Assembly: GCA_044222475.1 (NCBI GenBank)
Contig: JBGANF010000136.1
Coordinates: 1 to 15,557 of the forward strand
Source: Polyangiaceae bacterium
Lineage (GTDB): Bacteria > Myxococcota_A > Polyangia > Polyangiales > Polyangiaceae
DNA: 15,557 bases
Reading direction: 5' to 3'
The translations under genes and the position numbers were made by a program. This document shows positions 1 through 7,701 of this stretch, one piece after another (the first letter of the stretch is position 1; every line of letters starts with the position of its first letter). The notes below the pieces were generated by a model. It saw only the letters and a list, made by a program, of their open reading frames with translations, was not told the DNA's origin and did not search any database.

Positions 1-1265
1 CGGACGGTGCAACCGACGGCTCGGTCACCGACGTCGCGATCGACACGGGGCCCACCTGCGTCGGCCTCGAGTGCCAGATCGCCAAGTGCGACTCGGGAAC
101 CACCACGCTGAGCGGCGTCGTGTACGACCCCGCCGGCCTGGAGCACGTGCTGAGGCTGGCGCTCGTCGAAGGCTTCGTTGCCTGCGTTCGTCAGCTTGAG
201 CCCGGAGTTCGCGAGCAGCGGCAGCCCGTTCTTCGTCCGTTCTGCGTCGATGATCTCCCACCCGATGCGGTCGAGCGCGACGGGGTCTCTCGCGAAGAGC
301 AGCGACGAGCGCACGAAGCTCTTGAATGACGGTCCGCCGTACTCCGGGCCGCCCTCGTAGCCGGCGATGAGTGCGTCCGCGACGTGCAGGACGACCTTCT
401 GGCGCAGCTGGGGCATGGCGGCGATCACCGGGAGAAAGTCCATGGTCCAATTGTCGGGCGGGACGTGAGTCCTCGAGACGTTGTTCACGCAACCGTACGT
501 CATGTTCTTGAGCGCGAGCGTCAGCCCCGCCGAGCGGTGGTCCTTGAGGGCGGGCACGTTGACGACCTTCGTGACGACGTTGCTCACGATGTTCGAGAGG
601 TGCGAGCGACGCTTGAGAGGGTTCGTCGGGTCGTCCCCCGGATACACGGGGAGGATGTCGGCGTATTGCGTGACGTCGTAGCCGCCGGTCGGATCGGTCT
701 GGTCCTCCGTGTAGCCCGCGGCCGACGTCATGAAGCGAATGCCGGTGGGCAGCTGCGCCGGGTAGCCGATCGCGTCGAGGTAGCTCTGGTAGCGATCGAA
801 GACGATGATCTGATCGTTCGTGACGCCGGCGAGGTTGAGGCCAGCGATGATCGCCTTCACCGTCGCGACCTGACTGAACACCTTGGGCCATCCAACCGGG
901 CTGACCTTGATGCCGACCACGTCTTGGGCGTCGAAGAGAGAGCTCCACGCCTCCGTCGGCGTCGTCTTGCCGGTGAGCTCGATCATCCCTCGAGCGACGA
1001 TCTGAGACACCGGTCCGTCTTGGACGACGTCGTTCACGACGGCGCCGGAGTGCGACACGTCGACCACCAGCGCGGTCTGAGTCGGCGGCACGTCCGGCGG
1101 AGCGTCGGTCGCGTCGATGTCGGGTCCGGCGTCCGGCGGACCTCCGTCGACGGGTGGCGGCGGCGGACCGTTCGGCGTGGTCGCTCCGCAGGCAGCGCCC
1201 ACCGGAACGGCGAGGCCGACTCCCGCGATCAACATCTGTCGTCGAGAGAGACGGCGCTTCTTCAT
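1..1265 (-). CDS. DUF362-domain protein, predicted Tat-exported lipoprotein; no stop codon in the window (family-like sequence ends at about 132)
   Basis: Manual translation from ATG 1265 gives MKKRRLSRRQMLIAGVGLAVPVGAAC (twin-Arg SRRQML plus lipobox Cys26) and a Pro/Asp linker. Then come DVVGIKV...IIVFDR...KVVNVPALKDHRSAGLTLALKNMTYGCVNNVSRTH...ADALIAGYEGGP...DPVALDRIGWEIIDAER...RQPQHV, which are DUF362-type motifs. It starts 6 nt after the metG stop. Confidence 0.8.
   Translation of the reverse strand, partial: MKKRRLSRRQMLIAGVGLAVPVGAACGATTPNGPPPPPVDGGPPDAGPDIDATDAPPDVPPTQTALVVDVSHSGAVVNDVVQDGPVSQIVARGMIELTGKTTPTEAWSSLFDAQDVVGIKVSPVGWPKVFSQVATVKAIIAGLNLAGVTNDQIIVFDRYQSYLDAIGYPAQLPTGIRFMTSAAGYTEDQTDPTGGYDVTQYADILPVYPGDDPTNPLKRRSHLSNIVSNVVTKVVNVPALKDHRSAGLTLALKNMTYGCVNNVSRTHVPPDNWTMDFLPVIAAMPQLRQKVVLHVADALIAGYEGGPEYGGPSFKSFVRSSLLFARDPVALDRIGWEIIDAERTKNGLPLLANSGLKLTNAGNEAFDERQPQHVLQAGGVVHDAAQRGGSRVALGDLALEADAGGPRVDRDVGDRAVGCTV
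3..137 (+). pseudogene. Fragment of a Cys-rich exported protein (myxobacterial carboxypeptidase-regulatory-like-domain type); 5' end outside the window and apparently broken at about 137
   Basis: Frame 3 reads DGATDGSVTDVAIDTGPTCVGLECQIAKCDSGTTTLSGVVYDPAG with typical high-GC codon usage. The C-xx-LECQ-xxx-C...TT-LSG-xVYDPAG pattern resembles the start of that domain in myxobacterial surface proteins (recalled, not searched). After 137 the frame is only the antisense of the DUF362 gene and stops at 327-329. Confidence 0.6.
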
Positions 1266-1271
1266 CTGCCG

Positions 1272-3281
1272 CTATTTTAGCTTGGCGCCGGGCTCCACCG
1301 CATCCGGGATCGTTGCAAGATGCAGTTTGTCGCTGGGCCCGGTGGCAAGCAGCATCCCGTGGGAGATCAGGCCCTTGCCGAACTCGCGGGGGGCGAGGTT
1401 GGCGACGACGACGACGCGCTTCCCCACGAGCTCCTCCGGCGAGAACGTGAGCGCCAGACCCGCCACGATCGTCCGCGGCGTCTCTTCGCCCACGTCGACC
1501 GTGAGCTTCAGCAGCTTGTCCTTCTTGGGCACGCGCTCCGCGGCCTTCACGAGGCCGACCTTGAGGTCGACCTTGGCGAAGTCGTCGTAGGTGATGCCGC
1601 GCGCGGTGATCGGCGCCGGCGCTTCGGTCGCGTCGGTGGCGGCGCGGGCGGTCGGCGGAGATGCTTCGACCGGGGGCGCGGCCTTGGGAGGCGCGAGACG
1701 CGCGAGGAGCTCCTTCTCCTTGTCCTTGTCGATCGTGGGGAACAGCGGCGTGGCCGCCCCGAGCGCCCTCGCCTCGACGCGCTCCGTCCCGTCGGGCCAG
1801 ACCGATCGTCCGACCGACGGCGCGATCGGCGCAAGGCTCAGCTGCGCGCGGAGCTGGTTCGCCTTGCGCGGGATCGCCGGCCAGAGGACGACCGACAGCT
1901 CGCGGAGCACCCACAGGAGGAGCCACAACGAGCGATCGACCGAGGCCTGATCGTTCTTCTTCGCCGCCGCCCACGGCGCAGACCGATCGACGTAGGCGTT
2001 CGCGAGCGACGAGAGCTCGAACGTCTTCTCGAGCGCGCGGTGCGGCGCGAGGTTCAGCCACTCGGCCTTGATCGCGTCGAGCAGGCCGATCGCCTCGCGC
2101 TGGAACGTACCATCTTGGGACGTCGGGTCGATCGCGGGCACGGCTGGCACCTTGCCCCCGGTCAGCTTCGCGCACAGCCCGAGCGTGCGCGAGAGCAGGT
2201 TGCCGAGGTTCTTCCCGAGATCCGCGTTGTATCGCTCGATGACCGCCGCGTGATCGAAGTCCCCATCCTGACCGAACGCGATGGATCGGAGCAGCTGGTA
2301 GCGAAGCCCATCGGGCCCGCCGAGCTCCTCCGTCTCCGCGAGGCGGATCGGATCGACCGCGTTGCGCAGCGACTTGCTCATCTTCTCGCCGTCCACGGTG
2401 AGGAACCCGTGGGCGAAGATCGTCTTCGGCAGCGGCAAGCCCGCGCTCAGCAAGAACGCCGGCCAGTACACCGCGTGGAAGCGCAGGATGTCCTTCCCGA
2501 CGAGGTGGATGACGTCCCCCCCGTCCCAGAAGCGCTTCGTGAGCTCGCTCCCCTCGCCGCCGAGCGCGCTGTAGTAGTTCGCCAGCGCGTCGAACCAGAC
2601 GTACATCACGTGCTTCTCGTTGCCCGGCACCGGGACTCCCCACGAGAAGCTCGTGCGCGACACCGAGAGCTTCTCGAGCCCGCCCTTCACGAAGCTGATC
2701 ACCTCGTTGCGGCGCGACTCGGGTTGGATGAACTCCGGATGCGCCTCGTAGTGCGCGAGGAGCTTCTCTTGGAAGAGATCGAGCCGGAAGAAGTACGTGT
2801 CTTCCTTGATCCAATCGACCGGCCGCTTGTGGATCGGGCAGACGTTGCCGGGGAGGAGATCCTTCTCCGTCTTGAACCCTTCGCAGCCGACGCAGTACCA
2901 ACCCTCGTAGAAGCCGAGCTCCAAGTGACCCGGGTTCTTCTCGGCGATGCGCTTCCACAGCCACTGGACGACGCGCTCGTGACGCTCGTCGGTGGTGCGG
3001 ATGAAATCGTCGGACTCGACGAGGAGCTTGGGCCACGCTTCGCGGAAGCGACCGCTGATCTCGTCGACGAAGGCCTTCGGGGTCTTCCCTTGGGCCTTCG
3101 CCTCGCGCTCGATCTTGAGCCCGTGCTCGTCCGTCCCGGTCAGCATGCGCACCTCTTCCCCGAGCAAGAGGTGGAAGCGCCGAAGCGCATCGGTGACCAC
3201 CGTCGTGTACGCCGTCCCCAGGTGGGGGATGTCGTTCACGTAGTAGATGGGCGTCGTGACGTAGAACGGTTTCGCGGCCAT
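1272..3281 (-). CDS. metG: Methionine--tRNA ligase (669 aa) with C-terminal tRNA-binding (Trbp111-like OB) domain
   Basis: FYVTTPIYYVN..PHLGT (HIGH-equivalent), TGTDEHG, Zn knuckle CVGC...CPIH, YVWFDAL, GKDILRFH, KMSKS, and C-terminal ITYDDFAKVDLKVG...VANLAPR...SHGMLL. The ATG at 3281 is preceded by AGGAGGAGGAGG. The ORF-track extension to 3905 is antisense to the M23 gene. Confidence 0.98.
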   Translation of the reverse strand: MAAKPFYVTTPIYYVNDIPHLGTAYTTVVTDALRRFHLLLGEEVRMLTGTDEHGLKIEREAKAQGKTPKAFVDEISGRFREAWPKLLVESDDFIRTTDERHERVVQWLWKRIAEKNPGHLELGFYEGWYCVGCEGFKTEKDLLPGNVCPIHKRPVDWIKEDTYFFRLDLFQEKLLAHYEAHPEFIQPESRRNEVISFVKGGLEKLSVSRTSFSWGVPVPGNEKHVMYVWFDALANYYSALGGEGSELTKRFWDGGDVIHLVGKDILRFHAVYWPAFLLSAGLPLPKTIFAHGFLTVDGEKMSKSLRNAVDPIRLAETEELGGPDGLRYQLLRSIAFGQDGDFDHAAVIERYNADLGKNLGNLLSRTLGLCAKLTGGKVPAVPAIDPTSQDGTFQREAIGLLDAIKAEWLNLAPHRALEKTFELSSLANAYVDRSAPWAAAKKNDQASVDRSLWLLLWVLRELSVVLWPAIPRKANQLRAQLSLAPIAPSVGRSVWPDGTERVEARALGAATPLFPTIDKDKEKELLARLAPPKAAPPVEASPPTARAATDATEAPAPITARGITYDDFAKVDLKVGLVKAAERVPKKDKLLKLTVDVGEETPRTIVAGLALTFSPEELVGKRVVVVANLAPREFGKGLISHGMLLATGPSDKLHLATIPDAVEPGAKLK

Positions 3282-3284
3282 GGG

Positions 3285-3302
3285 CCTCCTCCTCCTACCA
3301 TA
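3285..3302 (-). promoter_or_regulatory. Candidate -10 box (TATGGT) directly followed by a repeated Shine-Dalgarno (AGGAGGAGGAGG) for metG
   Basis: The minus strand reads ...GACG TATGGT AGGAGGAGGAGG CCC ATG. Confidence 0.5.
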
Positions 3303-3407
3303 CGTCCGAGGGCTCCACGCCCTGATGAGCGACCGTTCGTTCGCCCTCCCCGACCGCTCACGCGACGCGCGCTGGCGCGGGGGCGCCACCGTCGCCATCG
3401 TCGCCGG

Positions 3408-3947
3408 ATGAAGCGAAAACGCACGTCCCGCCTCCGCCTGTTCCTCGTCCTGTCGGCCGCGGCCTACGCCGCGAGCTGGGCCGATTTCGCCCTCGCCGAT
3501 CCGATCCCGGTCCCGGTCGACGGCGTCACCGCCAAGGGCGTCCCGAACGGGTTCCTCGGCGCCGCCCACGAGGGGGTCGACATCTTCGCCGCCAAGGGCA
3601 CGCCGGTCCGCGCCGTGGTCCACGGCGTGGTGGTCCGCAAGGAGACGCAGCCGCGCGGAGGGAACGTCGTCTTCGTCCTCGGGGAGAACGCCGTCCTCTA
3701 CTTCTACGCTCACCTCGATCGGTGGGCGGCGGTCGACGTGGGCACGGTCGTGTCGACCGGTACCATTTTGGGATACGTGGGAGACACCGGGAACGCCAAG
3801 GGGCGCTCGCCCCACCTGCACTTCGAAGCCCGCGTCGTGGCGACGGGGTTCGCGCCGGTGGATCCGAAGCTGCTCTTCGATCCCAAGCAGACGCCGCCCG
3901 AGCAACGCATCCGCGCCGCGATGAACGAGATCGGCGATCCGCGCTGA
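3408..3947 (+). CDS. M23 family zinc metallopeptidase (179 aa) with N-terminal signal/anchor
   Basis: ATG at 3408 gives MKRKRTSRLRLFLVLSAAAYAAS. Motifs are HEGVD (HxxxD), GTPVRA, YAHL, GYVGDTGNA and PHLHFE (HxH), followed by VDP. Confidence 0.93.
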   Translation: MKRKRTSRLRLFLVLSAAAYAASWADFALADPIPVPVDGVTAKGVPNGFLGAAHEGVDIFAAKGTPVRAVVHGVVVRKETQPRGGNVVFVLGENAVLYFYAHLDRWAAVDVGTVVSTGTILGYVGDTGNAKGRSPHLHFEARVVATGFAPVDPKLLFDPKQTPPEQRIRAAMNEIGDPR

Positions 3948-3950
3948 GGA

Positions 3951-5024
3951 TCAGACGCCCAGATCGGGCGACGACGTGCGGGGCGGCGGGTCCGGCGTCC
4001 ACGCGCTGCGCGGCGCCGCGTCGAGAGCTTGGCGCAGCGGGAGCATGAAGACGCGCTCGATCGCGAGGCGGAGATCGCGCGGGGGAGGATCGCCGGGGAG
4101 CGACTGCATGAGGCGGAGGTCCCGGAGCACCGCGCTCCGGTCGACGCGCGTGCCGAGGCCGACGCCGTACCGCGCGATCTCCGGCGGCAGTTGGGCGACG
4201 AGAACGACCTCCGACGGGCCCTGGCGAACCCACGTCGCCTGATAGATGGTCGCGACCGGGCCCGAGGCCTCGTGGAAGAGGAACCCGCGCCACTCGAGGG
4301 GAAGCCCGAGATCGAACGAGCGTCGCGGGCGAGCGAGCTCGGCCGCTTTCGGCGTCCCGAGACCTACGGTGCGATCCGTGGGGGTCGTCCCATCTTGGGA
4401 CCACTCGACGCGGAGCTCGCGCTCGTCGAGGACGATGCGCTCTCCACGAGCACCGGAGAGGAGAATCCGGCGGAGGGCTTGCGGGACACGTTGACGAACG
4501 AGGTCGAGCAGCGTGAGCGCGTCGGTGGTGGAGAGCGACGAGTCGGCGGTGGCGTGGATCGAGAGCGCGTCGCTGTCGGCGAGGGTCGCCGCGCCGAGGA
4601 GGAGCCGGTCCGCGGCGGCGCCGTCGACGCGCACGCCGACGAAGCGCGTCTGGTGCGCAGTCGTGAACGCGAGGAGCACGCGCTCGCGCGCGTGGTCGGA
4701 GAGGACGGTCACGCCGAACGGTTCCGTCCACGCGGCGAGCCGAAGCGTGCCGTGCGGATCGGCGCGCGTGATGCCCCACGAGTGGATGGTGAGGAACGGT
4801 TGACCGCGACGTCGTGCGCGGCCCCGCCGTACCACGAGCAGCGCGACCGCGATGGCGAGGACGGCGGGTGCAGCGGCCCACAGCGTCCACGGGATCGCGG
4901 CGATGGCGAGAGCGCCGATCGCGACGGCGGCGATCAGCGGCTTGGCGGATGGAGGCGTGCCCAGGGGAAGCCTGGCTTCCAACGAATCGGCCTTCTTCTT
5001 GTCAGCCCAATCGTCGCGATCCAT
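3951..5024 (-). CDS. Hypothetical membrane-anchored protein (357 aa)
   Basis: Non-shadow amino-acid composition. An N-terminal hydrophobic hairpin (LIAAVAIGALAIAAIPWTLWAAAPAVLAIAVALLVV) is followed by RRGRARRR and a soluble region. It fills the gap between neighbouring genes. No family recognised. Confidence 0.8.
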   Translation of the reverse strand: MDRDDWADKKKADSLEARLPLGTPPSAKPLIAAVAIGALAIAAIPWTLWAAAPAVLAIAVALLVVRRGRARRRGQPFLTIHSWGITRADPHGTLRLAAWTEPFGVTVLSDHARERVLLAFTTAHQTRFVGVRVDGAAADRLLLGAATLADSDALSIHATADSSLSTTDALTLLDLVRQRVPQALRRILLSGARGERIVLDERELRVEWSQDGTTPTDRTVGLGTPKAAELARPRRSFDLGLPLEWRGFLFHEASGPVATIYQATWVRQGPSEVVLVAQLPPEIARYGVGLGTRVDRSAVLRDLRLMQSLPGDPPPRDLRLAIERVFMLPLRQALDAAPRSAWTPDPPPRTSSPDLGV

Positions 5025-5149
5025 CCACGGCCTCGCGAGCCGAACGCTCGCATCAACGAATGGAACGCTAGCACGCGCGAGACCTTTGGACGCGCGACCC
5101 CCTTCGCCCGCCGTCGAAAGGTGCGGTGAGGTCTTACCTCATACGGCAG

Positions 5150-7594
5150 TCACTTGATCTTGGGGTTGTTCGGGTCGGGATCGGTCGCGTCGGGCGTGCC
5201 GTCGGCGTCGAGGTCGCGGACGGCAGCTTTGAAGCCCTTGATCTCGCCGGGGCCGCCGGCGAACGCCGAGTTGACGAACTGCGTCACGGCCGCTTGGGTC
5301 TCGAGGTACGGGCAGACGACCGGGTACTGGTCCGCGACGTCGAGGCGAGTGAACGGCGAGTTCGTCTCGAACTGGGCGAACGGCGCGATGTACTCGTGCT
5401 TGCAGTCCTTCGTGGTGAGGTCGGCGCCGTGCTGGCTCGGGGCGGTCTGGATGAGCACCGACGTGTAGCCGGCGGCGGGCGAGTCCTTGATGACCCCGGA
5501 GCCATCGGGCTTCGCCTCGGGGAAGACGATGCGCGCCGGGTTCGTGTCCGGCGACTTGAGATCGAGGATCGCCGCGTTCGAGCCGACGTTCGGCGCCGCG
5601 AGCGGGAAGCCGGCCGCGCGGGCGAGCGCCTCGCTCGCCTCGTTGGAGACGACCTCGTCGAAGACGACCTCGATCTGCAGGACGTTGCGCGGCTTGGTCG
5701 CCGTGCCCTTCACCGGCTGCGGCGCGATCTGAATGCCGCGAGCGTAGAAGAGCGGATCGCCCGGGTCCTCGATGGTCTGCACGAGCGTCGTCAGGAGGTG
5801 CGACTCGGTGAACTGATCGGACTGGAATCCGAAGTTGAACGCGCCTGCGAGGTTGAGCTGGTTCGAAACGACGGGCGAGTGCGTGCCGAGCTCGAGGACG
5901 AGCCCGCCTCCCGCCACATTGAGGACCCACGCCTTCACGTTCGGCTCGATGCCGGCCGCGATCGCGCCTTCGATGCCGCCGAGCGAGTCGCCGACGTACG
6001 CGATCTTGTCCGGATCGATCTTCGGCGTCGTCGAGTCGACCTTGAGCGGCGACAGATCGGGGCCGGAGCGGAGCAGCTTCACGAGCTGCGCGGTGTCGAG
6101 ACCGGCCTGCCGGAGCTGGTCGCGGAGCGCGCCGATGTTCTTGAGCCCGCCGAACAGATCGAACGAGCCGTTGGTCGCGCCCTTGTCGTCGGGATCGGCG
6201 ATGCCGTCTCCGCCGACGTACTTCGCGCCGGGCGCCTTCTCGAAGTTGGTGTGATCGTCGTTGTGGTACTTCGCGTCCGCCGCGCGCGCGCCGAACGTGA
6301 CGCTGTCGATCGCGACGACGGCCCAGCCCTTGTCGCAAAGGACGTTCGCGAGGTCGAGCGCGTACGAGCGAGAGCTCGACAGGCCGTGCTGCACGATGAC
6401 GATCGGCCACCCGTTGGGCGGCATGGTGCCGCGGGGGATGAAGAAGGTGGCCCAGATCCGGTTCGTCGGCTTCTCGGGCGCGGGGATCGGGTTGCCCGCG
6501 CCGTCGCGCGCGAAGTTCATGTGATCCATGTCCTCGTAACCGAGGGTCTTCACCTGGAGGTAGTTGATGGCCTCGAAGGCGCCGGTGCCGACGGCGGCGA
6601 TCTTGTCGTGGGCGTGGACCGGCAAGTGCGCGTCGGGATCGTCCACGCCGTTGCCGAGCTTGTTCTTCGCGTCGACGACGCCGAGCCAGTCGTCGAGCGT
6701 GGCGGTGAAGCCGGCGGGGAGCGGGCCGAGGTCGCCGGCGGCGAAGCGCGCGGCCTTCATCGGCGCGACCGACGGAGCGTCCCACTTGAGCGTCGCCGCG
6801 GGCGAGTCCTCGAGCTTGTCGCGCAGGGCGTAGAGCTCGCGCCCCATCTTCGTCGTCGTGAAGACGCTCATGCCGACGATGCGATCCTTGCCGATCGCCG
6901 CGCCCACGAGGGTCTTCGCCTTGTCGCTCGCATCGCCGTAGAGCGCGCCGAGCGGGAGCTTGCGATCTCCGTCGGTGGCCTTCACCCACTCGGCCGTACC
7001 AGAAAGGGACAACCCTTCCTTGGTCTTCACGCGGCTGGTGATCACGGCGGCATAGCGGTGGCCTTCCTCGAGGACGATGCCGCGACCCGGGCCGACGCCC
7101 AACACGGGGCGCGTCTTCGTGCCCTTCGGGTTGCGGAACGCCGCGCGGCACGGGATGCGGGCCTTGCTCGGATCGGTCGCTTCGAGGTCGATGAAGAAGA
7201 CCGAGCTCGAGTCGGACATGCACTCGGCCTCGCTGGCGGGGAGCGTCTTCACGTCGACCAGCGCCGTCGGACGGTTGCCGTCTTCGTCGAGGGGCTTGCC
7301 GAGATCGTCGAGGTAGAAGAGCGACATCGACGTGCGCGAGAACCCGTCCATCTGCGCGAGCGAGTGCTGGAGGAACGTCGAGTTCTGGCGAACGACGGCG
7401 TCCATGCCCGGGATCGCGATCACCTTTCCGTTCTGGAGGTAACCATCCGACGGGAACGGAACGCTCATGAACGCGGCGGCGGTTCCATCGAAGCGGACGA
7501 CGGGCTGCGATGTCGCGTCAGGGACGACGGTGACCGAGCAGGCCAGCGCGGGAACGGCGGCGAGGGCGAAGAGAGCGAGTTTGGAGCGAAGCAT
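5150..7594 (-). CDS. Large lipoprotein with alpha/beta-hydrolase domain (extracellular lipase/esterase-like, 814 aa)
   Basis: Lipobox VPALAC and N-terminal VPFPSD...DGFS. Catalytic-domain motifs are WPIVIVQHGL (oxyanion region), VVAID, YVGDSLGG (GxSxG nucleophile elbow), LNVAGGG, DPGDP, DEVVSN (candidate Asp) and QHG (candidate His). Confidence 0.85.
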   Translation of the reverse strand: MLRSKLALFALAAVPALACSVTVVPDATSQPVVRFDGTAAAFMSVPFPSDGYLQNGKVIAIPGMDAVVRQNSTFLQHSLAQMDGFSRTSMSLFYLDDLGKPLDEDGNRPTALVDVKTLPASEAECMSDSSSVFFIDLEATDPSKARIPCRAAFRNPKGTKTRPVLGVGPGRGIVLEEGHRYAAVITSRVKTKEGLSLSGTAEWVKATDGDRKLPLGALYGDASDKAKTLVGAAIGKDRIVGMSVFTTTKMGRELYALRDKLEDSPAATLKWDAPSVAPMKAARFAAGDLGPLPAGFTATLDDWLGVVDAKNKLGNGVDDPDAHLPVHAHDKIAAVGTGAFEAINYLQVKTLGYEDMDHMNFARDGAGNPIPAPEKPTNRIWATFFIPRGTMPPNGWPIVIVQHGLSSSRSYALDLANVLCDKGWAVVAIDSVTFGARAADAKYHNDDHTNFEKAPGAKYVGGDGIADPDDKGATNGSFDLFGGLKNIGALRDQLRQAGLDTAQLVKLLRSGPDLSPLKVDSTTPKIDPDKIAYVGDSLGGIEGAIAAGIEPNVKAWVLNVAGGGLVLELGTHSPVVSNQLNLAGAFNFGFQSDQFTESHLLTTLVQTIEDPGDPLFYARGIQIAPQPVKGTATKPRNVLQIEVVFDEVVSNEASEALARAAGFPLAAPNVGSNAAILDLKSPDTNPARIVFPEAKPDGSGVIKDSPAAGYTSVLIQTAPSQHGADLTTKDCKHEYIAPFAQFETNSPFTRLDVADQYPVVCPYLETQAAVTQFVNSAFAGGPGEIKGFKAAVRDLDADGTPDATDPDPNNPKIK

Positions 7595-7613
7595 GGGGAA
7601 AGACGTAGCATGC

Positions 7614-7642
7614 TTTACGGCGCAGGGCCGTGAGGCTAGGCT
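7614..7642 (+). promoter_or_regulatory. Candidate sigma70-type promoter TTTACG-N17-TAGGCT for the Cys-rich lipoprotein gene
   Basis: -35-like TTTACG at 7614-7619, a 17-nt spacer, and -10-like TAGGCT at 7637-7642. SD GGAGGA at 7691-7696 precedes ATG 7702. Confidence 0.5.
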
Positions 7643-7701
7643 TCGCCGACGACCGTTTCTGGCGCGTCATTGCGCCCCGGTCCTTCCTTCGGAGGAGTCC
7701 C

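Noticed and set aside
25..3036. 1003-aa minus-strand ORF and other long Arg/Pro/Ala-rich ORFs (e.g. 5139-7223, 3526-4890, 13207-15471, 11375-12595)
   Set aside because: Off-frame shadows of real genes in very high-GC DNA, with R/P/G-dominated composition and no motifs.
3282..3905. Apparent 208-aa N-terminal extension of MetRS
   Set aside because: Mostly antisense to the M23 gene. A strong SD and the canonical MetRS N-terminus place the start at 3281.
5126..7633. Long codon-aligned antisense ORFs (5126-7633, 384-1280, 4029-5129, 13557-14888, and most of 1320-3947 and 9175-11757)
   Set aside because: Expected mirror frames: GC-biased genes rarely use TTA, CTA or TCA, so the antisense frame stays open. 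Only the terminal parts of 1320-3947 (M23) and 9175-11757 (VOC) are real genes.
7660..7674. TGGCGCGTCATTGCG as a sigma54 promoter
   Set aside because: The GG-to-GC spacing is 9 nt, not the required 10, and a better sigma70-like promoter lies at 7614-7642.
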